A stretch of DNA of 61,509 nt, the filler included, from Candidatus Aminicenantales bacterium (GTDB lineage: Bacteria > Acidobacteriota > Aminicenantia > Aminicenantales > Saccharicenantaceae): assembly GCA_049512315.1 (NCBI GenBank). It is 3 parts of 3 records of this genome, joined end to end, with 100 filler letters (N's around TTAATTAATTAA, not from the genome) between each part and the next. Parts side by side here need not be neighbours in the genome. Positions count along the whole stretch, not along the records: positions 25,542 to 44,153 come from JBEKXF010000044.1; 2 more parts are not named here. The stretch is one strand, 5' to 3'. The position numbers and the translations under genes were made by a program. Below are positions 25,815 through 35,226 of the stretch, one piece after another. The first letter of the stretch is position 1; every line of letters starts with the position of its first letter. The notes under the pieces were generated by a model. That model had not been told where the DNA came from. It searched no databases and saw only the letters and a program-made list of their open reading frames with translations.

Positions 25815-28001
25815 TCAAGTCGTCCCGGACCGGTTCGCCTTGAAGGTGATGATGATCGGCTTCCAGACCTTGACGTTCACGCCGTCCTTCTTGGCCGGCT
25901 GGAATTTCCATTTCTTGACCGCCGCGTCGGCGGCCTTCTCCAGGCCCATGTCGTCTTTCAGGCCCTTGAGGATCCCCGTTTGGATGACGTTCCCGGCCTC
26001 GCTGATGAGGGCATTGACCGTGACCGAGCCTTCCTTGCCGAAGAGTGCGGCCTGGCTCGGATAGGCGGGCTCGAAGGACTTCATGACCCGGGGCTGTTCG
26101 TCCGCTGCGGCCAGGTCGATAAGGTCGCCGGTCGCGGCCTTCGGGGCCGGGGCCGCCTGGGTCCCGGCATCATTGCCGCCGGCCGGCGTGCCCTGGGGCT
26201 GAGCCGTCTCCGTTTTCACCGGCTGCTGATCTTGAGGCTGGGGCGGCTGAGCTTCCGCGGACTTCGCATCCCCGGGCTTGACCTCAGCCGTCTTCGTCTC
26301 GGCCGGCTTCACCTCCGGCTTTTTTTCCGCCGGCACCTGGATCGCCAGGCGGGAAGCATCGGCCTGAGGGGGGACGATGACCTCGTCCGCCGTCGGGAGG
26401 GCCTCGGCCTGGCGGTTCTGGTTGGCCGGGGCGGCCTTGGGCTTCTGATTCACGGCCTTGAGCTTTTCCTCGGGCAGAGGGGGCAGGAACGCATCCGGTG
26501 ACTTCTCGGGGACGCTCGACTGGGTCATGGTCATGGGGTTATTCGCGTTCGACCCGGCCGGGCTGGTGGAGTGCTTGGGCCTGAGGATGAAGAATCCCAC
26601 GGCCGCCACGATGACCAGCCCCGCGCCGACGGCCATGAAAGACATCGGGGACTTTTTCTTGTCGACTTCTCCGATGTCCTTGAAGATCCGTGATTCGGCC
26701 GCTCTTTCCGTGGCGGGCTTGGGTTCGGGCCCGAGCTCCGGTTTCGGCGCGGGCGCCGCGTGGACGGCCGGGGCCGGCCGAGCGGCGGCCTTGGATTTCG
26801 CGGAAGGCTGGGTCTGGAGGGGAGGAGCCGGCGCGGGCTTCGGCTGAGGCGCTTTCGGCTTCTCCGCCACAGCGGCGGGCATGAGCGGGGGGGTGGCAGG
26901 TTTCAGCGGTCCATGGACCGCGGCGGGCGGGATGGGCGGAGGAATGTACTTGGGCTTTTGGGGAGCGGGGGCCTGGGCGGCGGCCTCATGGGCGGCTGCT
27001 TTCGGTTTTTCCGCCAAGGGCTCGACCTTCGGGGCCGGGGGCGGAGTCGCTTTGACCGTTTTTTTCTTCTCGGTCTCGAGCCCGAAATCGGCCAGGGTCG
27101 TTTTCAGGAGCTTGTCGATGACCTCGGTCCCCGCTTCTTTCCTGGCGTGTTCGTGGGACTTCTCTTCGAAGGCTGTCGGGACCTTGTGACTCAGGGTCCC
27201 GGGCCTGGCCGGCTCGGCCCGGTGGTGGTCCTCTTTTTCGGGGACGAGATTGAGGAGGGTCTCGAGCCGGATCTCGTCGTCTTTCGCCGGCGCGCGCTCG
27301 GGCGCGATCTTGACCTTGGGCGGCGTTTCTTTCGCGGACCCGAGGCCGGGAATGGCCTCGGCCCGGTGGCGCTCCTCCCGTCCGGTCTTGATTTGGAGGA
27401 CGCTCTCGAGGCTCAGGCCTTCTCCCCCAGCCAGCCCGATGTCGTGCGCGGACCTCATCCGGGAAGGCATCTCTCTCGGGTGCCTGACCTCGGGGCGAGG
27501 CTCGACCCGGCGCGGCTCATCAACGACGGGAATGACCACGGGCACGGGCAGGGGCTCGTCCGCCGGCTCGCCGTTCCCCGGCTTGGCCTCAACGGCGGGC
27601 CTGATGTCCGGGTCGGGCTTGATATCGGGCACGGTCAGGACGGCGTGGATGGACGCGATGAACTTGAGCATGTCCAGGGGCTTTTCGAAGTATTCCGAGG
27701 CCCCGTAGGTCCGGAGGGCCTCGGTCCTGTAGACCCGGTCCTTATAAACACCGGTCATGATGAAGACGGGCACCTTCCTGGCCGGGTCCTTCGTGATCCG
27801 GTCGCAGAGCTCGAAGCCGTGGATCTTGGACAGCATGGCCTCCATGAGGACGAGGTCGGGCTTTTCGCTCTGGAACTTCTCCCAGCCGACCTGGCCGTCC
27901 CCGGCCGTGACCACCTCGAACCCTTCATTCGACAGGGTCGCGCTGAGGGAGGCCAGGGAAGTCTGGTCATAATCGATGACGAGAATCTTCTTCATGCCCA
28001 T
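25815..28001 (-). CDS. Receiver (REC) domain - Pro/Ala linker - TM - TonB C-terminal fusion protein
   Basis: KKILVIDYD...LVLME..KIHGFELC..FEKP; YPSQA..GKEGSVTV..AADAAVKKWKFQPA. Confidence 0.85.
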   Translation of the reverse strand: MGMKKILVIDYDQTSLASLSATLSNEGFEVVTAGDGQVGWEKFQSEKPDLVLMEAMLSKIHGFELCDRITKDPARKVPVFIMTGVYKDRVYRTEALRTYGASEYFEKPLDMLKFIASIHAVLTVPDIKPDPDIRPAVEAKPGNGEPADEPLPVPVVIPVVDEPRRVEPRPEVRHPREMPSRMRSAHDIGLAGGEGLSLESVLQIKTGREERHRAEAIPGLGSAKETPPKVKIAPERAPAKDDEIRLETLLNLVPEKEDHHRAEPARPGTLSHKVPTAFEEKSHEHARKEAGTEVIDKLLKTTLADFGLETEKKKTVKATPPPAPKVEPLAEKPKAAAHEAAAQAPAPQKPKYIPPPIPPAAVHGPLKPATPPLMPAAVAEKPKAPQPKPAPAPPLQTQPSAKSKAAARPAPAVHAAPAPKPELGPEPKPATERAAESRIFKDIGEVDKKKSPMSFMAVGAGLVIVAAVGFFILRPKHSTSPAGSNANNPMTMTQSSVPEKSPDAFLPPLPEEKLKAVNQKPKAAPANQNRQAEALPTADEVIVPPQADASRLAIQVPAEKKPEVKPAETKTAEVKPGDAKSAEAQPPQPQDQQPVKTETAQPQGTPAGGNDAGTQAAPAPKAATGDLIDLAAADEQPRVMKSFEPAYPSQAALFGKEGSVTVNALISEAGNVIQTGILKGLKDDMGLEKAADAAVKKWKFQPAKKDGVNVKVWKPIIITFKANRSGTT

Positions 28002-28210
28002 ATCTCAGGTCTCACAGGCTCGGTTTGTGTCCTTGCGCACCTATTTTTCATCACCCCCACGCCCGGTCAATCACCCCTTGAGGTGATTTCGAGGAGGATA
28101 TTCCCCCCCGGCACGCGAGGAGGCGGACTCATCCGTTTTTTGGGGTTGATTGGGGCTGGCTTTTTCCAATAAAATGGGACCGAACGCTTGATGATGGAGG
28201 GATTTTCACA

Positions 28211-29113
28211 ATGACGGAATTGCTCAGAAAAGGTTTCGGCTGGCTCCCGGATTTCCCCGACTTCCGGGACTACACCGAAGAGACGAAAGAGGTCCGGGAG
28301 ATCCTGGGGCCGAGCGGACTTCCGGCTTCGGCCGGGCCGCGCTCGGGGAGAAAAAGGGGACCTGTCGCTCCGTCGGCGGCAGACCTTCGGGAGTGGGCCT
28401 CGGCCGTCGAGGACCAGGGGTCGCTCGGGTCATGCACGGCCCAGGCCGGCGCCGGAGCCATCGAATATTACGAGAGGAAATCGTTCGGCCGGCATATCGA
28501 TGCCTCGCGCCTTTTCCTCTATAAGGTCGCCCGCAACCTGATGAAAATGAAGGGGGACACCGGCGCTTACCTCCGGCTGACCATAGGGGCCATGGTCCTT
28601 TTCGGGGTCCCGCCCGAGGAATACTGGCCGTACACGGACGACGAGCGGGAGTTCGACAAGGAGCCGCCGGCGTTCTGCTATGCTTTCGCCCAGAATTACA
28701 GGACGATCATGTATTATCGCCACGACCCGCCCGGGACCGGACGGCCCCAGGTCGTCGAGCGGGTCAAGGCCTACCTGGCCGCCGGGCACCCGGCCATGTT
28801 CGGGTTCACTGTCTACAGTTCCGTCGACCAGGCCGCAGTGACGGGCCGGATCCCGTTCCCGTCGGGCCGGGAAAAGATCGAGGGCGGCCACGCGGTCGTC
28901 GCCATGGGCTACGATGACAAAATGACGATCCGGAACAAGGCCGGTGTCGGGGAGACGAAGGGCGCGCTCCTCATCCGGAACTCCTGGGGGCCGGCCTGGG
29001 GGGAGAAGGGCTATGGATGGCTCCCGTACGAGTACGTCCTCCGCGGCCTGGCCGAGGATTTCTGGTCGCTCCTTAAGAAAGAATGGATCGACACCGGTGC
29101 CTTCAAGATCTGA
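28211..29113 (+). CDS. Papain-like (C1) cysteine peptidase
   Basis: DQGSLGSCTA, GGHAVVAMGYDD, IRNSWG..WGEKGY. Confidence 0.93.
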   Translation: MTELLRKGFGWLPDFPDFRDYTEETKEVREILGPSGLPASAGPRSGRKRGPVAPSAADLREWASAVEDQGSLGSCTAQAGAGAIEYYERKSFGRHIDASRLFLYKVARNLMKMKGDTGAYLRLTIGAMVLFGVPPEEYWPYTDDEREFDKEPPAFCYAFAQNYRTIMYYRHDPPGTGRPQVVERVKAYLAAGHPAMFGFTVYSSVDQAAVTGRIPFPSGREKIEGGHAVVAMGYDDKMTIRNKAGVGETKGALLIRNSWGPAWGEKGYGWLPYEYVLRGLAEDFWSLLKKEWIDTGAFKI

Positions 29114-29125
29114 ATCTCACCGAGG

Positions 29126-30937
29126 TTATGCCCCGCGGTCCTCGATGAGGATCTGAAGGATCTCGAGTTCGTCGGCATCGAACCAGATCTTCGAGCAGGA
29201 CAGGCACTTGTCGACCGGAACGAAATACTGGTAGCTATACGGCCGGGGGACCATCCTGTAGCCGCAGGCCGGGCAGGGGATCTCTTCGGTCACGGAGGTG
29301 TTGATCTTCTGCTTCTTGACGGGGTTGAGGCGGACGCGCTCCCTGAAAGCCCGGGCCTTGGCCGTCAGGTCATCCGAAAACGTCACTTCGCGGCGGGCGA
29401 TGATCCTGCCGACGCCGGACATGTCCACGAGCTTTCCCGTGCATTGCCGGCACGCCCGCACCGACACGCCTTCGTAATAGGTCTCGACGAGCGGCACCCG
29501 GCAGCGGGGGCAGAGATTCCCGCGGGCCGGCTCGAGGGGCTTTTTCCGGGCCAGGTTGCCGAGGGCGATCTTGATCTGGGAAAACTCCCTGGCCCGGCCC
29601 TCGACTCCCTCCTGAGAGTTCTTCACGACGATCACGGCCGAGAACCTCGGATGGCAGATGAGCTCGGCGGTCGTGAACGGGCCCTCCCATCGCCCGGGGA
29701 GATTGGACAAGATGAGCCAGATCCGGGCCTCGTCGGGCGGCAGGCCGGGGGCCGAGGTGGGAAGCGCGGCCGTTTCGGACGCCACGGACGGCGACGCCGC
29801 CGGCCCGGGCATGGGCCCCGGACCGTCAGCGAACCCGGGAAAGAGCTCGAGCTGCCGTTTCTTGATCTCTTCGAAGGAATGGGTGACGCCGCGCGCCTGT
29901 TCCCGCGCCTTTTCGCTGCTTTTGACGTCCATGATAATTTCGCCGGGCGTTTTATGGGCCATGGCCGCGAGCGCCCCCAGCCTCTTCATGAACGGCGGAT
30001 GGGAGTTGAAGACCTTCCCCGCGAGGTTGTCCGGTACGTCGCGGGCGTCCGGGGGGACGATGAACAGCGGCGTGTAGGTCAGGGAGAAGTCACCGATGAA
30101 GGAGTTCTTGATCTGGGCCTTGTAGATGGCCCGAGCCAGGGATTCGGGGGACCGGCAGAGCTCGACCGCGGCGGCGTCGGCCAGGAGCTCCCGCTCGCGG
30201 CTGATGAGCATGCTCAGGAGGTGCATGACGAGGGAAGATAGATAGACGGCGGCATAGAGAAGGCCGCGGGCCGCGCCGGCGGCGGCGCGACCACTCCCTC
30301 CCTCGGAAACAGTCCGGAAATCATCCGACTCCGGCTCGAGGGCCTCCCGGAGCTTCTCGAAGATGTTGGCCAGCGAGCAGACGAGGGTCAGGTAGAAGGC
30401 GTCGCCCCGGGCGATGTGGGCCAGCTCGTGGGCGGCCACGGCCTGGAGCTCGTCGCGGGTGCAATCGGCCAGGAGCCCCTCGGTGACGGCGACCGCGGGC
30501 GTCCTGTCGGCCTCGATGAGGGCCAGCGAGTTGATGGCGAACGACGGCAGGACATAGCCGTTGACCCGGGGGAGGCCGGCGGCGATCCGGATCTCGTCCA
30601 GCGTGTCGAGGAACTGCTTGTGGTAACGGTCGGAGACGTCGGGGACCTCAGCCTGGAGACGCTTGAGGATGTAACGGGGCCCGTTCCTGCTGGCATCCAG
30701 GAAATGGAGGACGGCGACGAGGCCGGCGACGGCCAGGTCGAAGAGGAGAAAGCGGGTCCAGAAGTGGGGAGCGTGGACGATCCCGCCGGCCAGGAGGAAA
30801 CCGAAGGTCAGGACGAAGGCCAGGCCGATGAGCCCGAGCGCGATGACATGGAAGGCGAGGACGGCGCCGAAGAGCAGGAGGCTCTTGGCCCGCTGGCTTT
30901 TCTGGATCTCGTAGAAGTCCCGGGGAGCCTTGCCCAT
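29126..30937 (-). CDS. M48 (HtpX-like) metallopeptidase with C-terminal zinc-ribbon domains
   Basis: AHELAHI, SRERELLADA, SHPP; CPRC..CRQC and CPAC..CLSC..IWFD..EL. Confidence 0.88.
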   Translation of the reverse strand: MGKAPRDFYEIQKSQRAKSLLLFGAVLAFHVIALGLIGLAFVLTFGFLLAGGIVHAPHFWTRFLLFDLAVAGLVAVLHFLDASRNGPRYILKRLQAEVPDVSDRYHKQFLDTLDEIRIAAGLPRVNGYVLPSFAINSLALIEADRTPAVAVTEGLLADCTRDELQAVAAHELAHIARGDAFYLTLVCSLANIFEKLREALEPESDDFRTVSEGGSGRAAAGAARGLLYAAVYLSSLVMHLLSMLISRERELLADAAAVELCRSPESLARAIYKAQIKNSFIGDFSLTYTPLFIVPPDARDVPDNLAGKVFNSHPPFMKRLGALAAMAHKTPGEIIMDVKSSEKAREQARGVTHSFEEIKKRQLELFPGFADGPGPMPGPAASPSVASETAALPTSAPGLPPDEARIWLILSNLPGRWEGPFTTAELICHPRFSAVIVVKNSQEGVEGRAREFSQIKIALGNLARKKPLEPARGNLCPRCRVPLVETYYEGVSVRACRQCTGKLVDMSGVGRIIARREVTFSDDLTAKARAFRERVRLNPVKKQKINTSVTEEIPCPACGYRMVPRPYSYQYFVPVDKCLSCSKIWFDADELEILQILIEDRGA

Positions 30938-31080
30938 GATGTTTTCCGGATCATACTCAAAAACCGTCGGCCCGGCAAGGAATATCGTCCTTAATGGTCC
31001 CAATTATATGATATAGTTACGGCCTTGAACCTTCGTCCGGGGAAAAGCGTATGATATTTTATGACCCAAGAGAGAAAAAA

Positions 31081-34000
31081 ATGAAAAAAACGTTTCCCGT
31101 CGTCTTATGCGCGGTTTTTATCTTCGCGTGTTTCGGCCGGGCTTTGGCCGTCGACACGAAGGACACGAAGTTCCTGGCCCAGCCGGCCGTGAGCGCCAGC
31201 CAGGTGGCCTTCGTCTATGCCAACGACCTCTGGACCGCGGACCTCGACGGGAAGAGCGTCCGGCGGCTGACGTCGGACATCGGCGTCGAATCCAGCCCGG
31301 CCTTTTCGCCGGACGGCTCGCTCATCGCCTTCAGCGGCCAGTACGACGGGAACACGGACGTTTTCGTCATCCCGGCGGGCGGCGGCATCCCCAAACGGCT
31401 GACCTGGCACCCGGGCGCCGACCTCGTCCAGGGTTTCACGCCCGATGGGAAATCCGTTGTCTTCATCACCGTGCGTGATCAACCCGTCCGGTCCTATGCC
31501 AGCCTCTACTCGGTCCCCGTGGAGGGCGGCATCCCGGTCAAGCTCCCCATTCCTTACGCCTATCGCGCCGTCTACTCCGCGGACGGGAAGTCCATCGCCT
31601 ACAATCCCTTCAGCGACGCCTTCCTCCAGTGGAAGCACTACCGCGGAGGCACCTTTTCGCGCGTCTGGATCTTCAACACGGCCGACCAGTCCATCGATAA
31701 AATCCCCCAACCTGCCGGCCGGTCGAACGACGTCGGGCCGATGTGGGTCGGCCCCAAGGTCTATTTCCGGTCCGACCGGAACGGCGAGTTCAACCTCTTT
31801 TCCTACGACCGCGCGTCCAAGGAGGTCAAGCAGCTGACCTCGTTCAAGGATTACCCCGTGCTCAGCGCCTCGGCCGGCGCGGGCCGGATCGTCTTCGAGC
31901 AGGCCGGCGTCCTCCACCTTTACGAAGTCGAGAAGGGCCAGGACAGGCGCCTCGCGATCGGCATCGCCACGGACGTCCCCGAGCTCCGCGAGCGCTACGC
32001 CCGGGGCAGCCAGTGGCTGCGCAACTCGGCCGTTTCCCCGACCGGCGCCCGGGCCGTCCTTGAGTTCCGCGGCGAGATCGTGACCGTCCCCGGCGAGAAG
32101 GGCGACCCGCGCGACATCACGAACACGCCGGCCGTCCATGAGCGTTCCCCGATCTGGTCGCCGGACGGCGCCTCCATCGCCTACTTCTCCGACGCTTCCG
32201 GCGAATATGAGCTCCACGTCCGGGCCCAGGACGGCAAGGGCGACGTGAAAAAGTACAAGCTCAACGGGGCCGGGTTCTACGGCTCTCCCTCATTTTCCCC
32301 CGACAGCCAGAAGCTCGCCTTCGCCGACAACGGCCTGACTCTCTCCTGGATCGACCTCAAGACCGGCGCCCAGAAGAAGATCGGGGCGGAATACATTTAC
32401 CAGCCCGGCGGCCAGGCCGATCTGCCTTCCTCCTGGAGCCCGGACTCGAGGTGGCTCGCCTACACTCTGAGCACGCCCACCTTCTTCCGCCGCGTCTTCG
32501 TCTATTCGCTCGACCAGGACAGATCGTTCCCGGTCACCGACGGCCTGAGCGACGTCACGGAGCCGGTCTTTGACCCGAGCGGGAAGTATCTCTACTTTTT
32601 CGCCTCCACGGACGCCGGCCCGGCCCGGCAGTGGTTCGACATGTCGAACGCCGACATCCGCGAGACGAGCAGCCTCTATCTCGCCGTCCTCCGCAAGGAC
32701 CTCCCCAACCCGCTGGCCAAGGAGAGCGACGAGGAAAAGGCCGCTCCGGCCAAGGACGAGAAGGCCAAGGACGCCGCCAAGTCACCCGGCCAGGATAAAA
32801 CCCCGGGCAAACCCGAAGATAAGAAAGACATTCCGGCCAAGGCCCCTGCAGCCCCGGCGGCCGCGAACGCTTTCCGCATCGATCTCGACGGCATCGACCA
32901 CCGGATCGTCGCTGTCCCCATCCCGGCCGGGGTCTACGGCGGCCTCCAGATCGGCGAAACGGGGAAGATCTACTACCTCAGCATGGACCTCCCGGCGAAC
33001 CTGGAGTCGCTCGCGGGTCTCGGCAATGCTGCGGGCGCCGTCCACGTCTATGACCTGGCGACGCGCAAGGACGACGTCCTGGTCCCCGGAGTCAACGGGT
33101 TCGTCCTGACCGCGGACAGGAAAAAGATGATGATCTTCTCCCAGAACCAGGTCTCCATCATCGCGGCGGCCGGCAAGCCCCAGCCCGGCCAGGGGCGGCT
33201 CAACGTCGACGCCATCGAGGTCCGGGTCGATCCCCCGGCCGAGTGGCGGCAGATGTTCGACGAGGCCTGGCGGATCAACCGCGATTATTTTTATGACCCG
33301 GGAATGCACGGGGCCGATTGGAAGGCGATGAAGGCGAAATACGAGGGCTTCCTGGCCGACGTCCCGTGCCGTGCCGACCTCAACCGGCTGATCCAGTGGA
33401 TGTGCTCCGAGCTTTCCGTCGGCCACCACCGGGTCATGGGCGGTGACTTCCCGAACCAGCCGAAACCTGTCCCGGGAGGTCTTCTCGGCGCGGACTATGT
33501 CATCGCCAGCGGCCGGTACAGGATCGCCAAAGTCTACGGCGGCCTCAACTGGAATCCCGAGCTCCGCTCGCCCCTGACCGAGCCGGGCGTGGACGCGAAA
33601 GCGGGGGAGTACCTCCTGGCCGTGAGCGGGAAGGACCTGCGGGCGCCCGATAACCTCTACGCCCGTTTCGAGAACACGGCCGGGAAGATCGTCGAGATCA
33701 CGCTCGGACCCAACCCGGACGGCAGGGGCTCGCGGACGGTCCAGGTCGTGCCCGTCGCCGACGAGGGCGGCCTCCGGAACCGCGACTGGGTCGAGGGCAA
33801 TCTCCGGAAGGTCGAGGCAGCCACGGGCGGCCGCGTGGCCTATGTCTACGTGCCCAACACGAGCACCGCCGGCTACATCTATTTTAAGCGCTATTTCTTC
33901 CCGCAGGCGGACAAGGACGCCATCATCGTCGACGAGCGCTTCAACGGCGGCGGGTCTGTCGCCGACTACTACCTCGACTGGCTGAGAAAGCCGGTCAGCG

Positions 34001-34431
34001 CGTACTGGGCCATGCGCTACGGCGCCGACCTCAGGACGCCGAGCGCCACGATCCAGGGCCCCAAGGTCATGCTGATCAACGAGTCGGCCGGGTCCGGCGG
34101 CGACCTGCTGCCATGGATGTGGCGGAAATTCGGGGTCGGCAAGCTCGTCGGGACACGGACGTGGGGAGGCCTGGTCGGCATCCTCGGCTTCCCGGTGCTG
34201 ATGGACGGGGCGATGGTCACGGCGCCGAACCTTGCCATCTGGACCGAGGACGGGTTCATCGTCGAGAACGAGGGCGTCCCGCCCGACATCGAGGTCGAAC
34301 AAACGCCCAAGGACGTCATCGCCGGCCACGACCCGCAGCTTGAGCGGGCGATCCAGGTCGTGATGGACGAGCTCGCCAAGAACCCGCCGAAAAAGCCGAA
34401 GCGTCCCGCTTACCCCATCCGGGTGAAATGA
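31081..34431 (+). CDS. Tricorn protease (S41) homolog
   Basis: PD40 propeller repeats, PDZ domain, DERFNGGG, AGSGGD, GTRTWGG, ENEGVPPDI. Confidence 0.95.
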   Translation: MKKTFPVVLCAVFIFACFGRALAVDTKDTKFLAQPAVSASQVAFVYANDLWTADLDGKSVRRLTSDIGVESSPAFSPDGSLIAFSGQYDGNTDVFVIPAGGGIPKRLTWHPGADLVQGFTPDGKSVVFITVRDQPVRSYASLYSVPVEGGIPVKLPIPYAYRAVYSADGKSIAYNPFSDAFLQWKHYRGGTFSRVWIFNTADQSIDKIPQPAGRSNDVGPMWVGPKVYFRSDRNGEFNLFSYDRASKEVKQLTSFKDYPVLSASAGAGRIVFEQAGVLHLYEVEKGQDRRLAIGIATDVPELRERYARGSQWLRNSAVSPTGARAVLEFRGEIVTVPGEKGDPRDITNTPAVHERSPIWSPDGASIAYFSDASGEYELHVRAQDGKGDVKKYKLNGAGFYGSPSFSPDSQKLAFADNGLTLSWIDLKTGAQKKIGAEYIYQPGGQADLPSSWSPDSRWLAYTLSTPTFFRRVFVYSLDQDRSFPVTDGLSDVTEPVFDPSGKYLYFFASTDAGPARQWFDMSNADIRETSSLYLAVLRKDLPNPLAKESDEEKAAPAKDEKAKDAAKSPGQDKTPGKPEDKKDIPAKAPAAPAAANAFRIDLDGIDHRIVAVPIPAGVYGGLQIGETGKIYYLSMDLPANLESLAGLGNAAGAVHVYDLATRKDDVLVPGVNGFVLTADRKKMMIFSQNQVSIIAAAGKPQPGQGRLNVDAIEVRVDPPAEWRQMFDEAWRINRDYFYDPGMHGADWKAMKAKYEGFLADVPCRADLNRLIQWMCSELSVGHHRVMGGDFPNQPKPVPGGLLGADYVIASGRYRIAKVYGGLNWNPELRSPLTEPGVDAKAGEYLLAVSGKDLRAPDNLYARFENTAGKIVEITLGPNPDGRGSRTVQVVPVADEGGLRNRDWVEGNLRKVEAATGGRVAYVYVPNTSTAGYIYFKRYFFPQADKDAIIVDERFNGGGSVADYYLDWLRKPVSAYWAMRYGADLRTPSATIQGPKVMLINESAGSGGDLLPWMWRKFGVGKLVGTRTWGGLVGILGFPVLMDGAMVTAPNLAIWTEDGFIVENEGVPPDIEVEQTPKDVIAGHDPQLERAIQVVMDELAKNPPKKPKRPAYPIRVK

Positions 34432-34439
34432 GATAATAC

Positions 34440-34541
34440 TGGGGTCGGACCATAACAAATCATAGTAAACAAATAGATTAATACGGAATCCCAGCCTTTT
34501 ATTGGCCTTAAGTGCGTGTTTTTAAGGTCAAAAAAACGGAG
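34440..34541 (-). repeat. MITE-like element copy, interrupted by IS200
   Basis: Reverse complement aligns with 37787-37887; continues as TTAAGGAAT at 35149. Confidence 0.7.
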
Positions 34542-35152
34542 TCAATGACCCCGCGGCGAGCCGCGGGGCATCAAGAGCGCAGCTTCAAAGCCAGCTGCGC
34601 AGGCCCTTGCTCTAGGTCGCGATGATGCTCGATATACCTGGCTATCACGTCCCGAGTCATCCGGTCTCCGACTGTACGAGCGAAATATCCGTCTTCCCAC
34701 AGCTCCCCGCCCCACAGCCTCTTCTTCAATCCCGGGAACTCGCGGAACAACCCCCGCCCACTGTTGCTTTTGACTATCCTCACGACCTCCCCTATCGATC
34801 GAGATGGCGGGAACGATACCAAAAGATGGATGTGCTCTTCCAGGAGCTCCATTTCCAGGATCTCGATGTCATACGCCTCGCAGATCTCCCGGATCATCTG
34901 TTCCGCTCGTTCCCGAACCTCCATCCGCTCGAAGATCTTCTTCCGGTACTTCGGACACCACACCAGATGATAGCTCGTGTCGTAGACCGAATGACTCGTC
35001 CTCTTGATGCCCACGCATTATTTATACCACACCGCCGAGCCAGGGCCTATGCGGATAAGGGGGGCTTTCCGGCCCCCCTTATAACCTCCCCGGCAAGGCA
35101 TGCATTCATCCCACGCGGCAAGCCGCGGGGGATACTGCAAAGGTTCGCTTAA
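34542..35152. mobile_element. IS200/IS605-family element (tnpA only)
   Basis: Terminal hairpins CCCCGCGGCGAGCCGCGGGG and CCACGCGGCAAGCCGCGGGG; internal hairpin at 35055-35082; Y1 transposase. Confidence 0.9.
34571..35014 (-). CDS. tnpA: Y1 HUH transposase
   Basis: YHLVWCPKYR, EHIHLL (HUH), LWEDGYF, catalytic Tyr in RYIE. Confidence 0.95.
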   Translation of the reverse strand: MGIKRTSHSVYDTSYHLVWCPKYRKKIFERMEVRERAEQMIREICEAYDIEILEMELLEEHIHLLVSFPPSRSIGEVVRIVKSNSGRGLFREFPGLKKRLWGGELWEDGYFARTVGDRMTRDVIARYIEHHRDLEQGPAQLALKLRS

Positions 35153-35226
35153 GGAATCGCTTGAATTTAAGGAAAGGAGGGGAACCTTTCTCCCCGGGAA
35201 TCCGTATAACTAGCCTAGAGAGGTGG

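Noticed and set aside
34542..35152. TnpB/IscB RNA-guided nuclease element
   Set aside because: The element is about 610 bp and encodes only TnpA.
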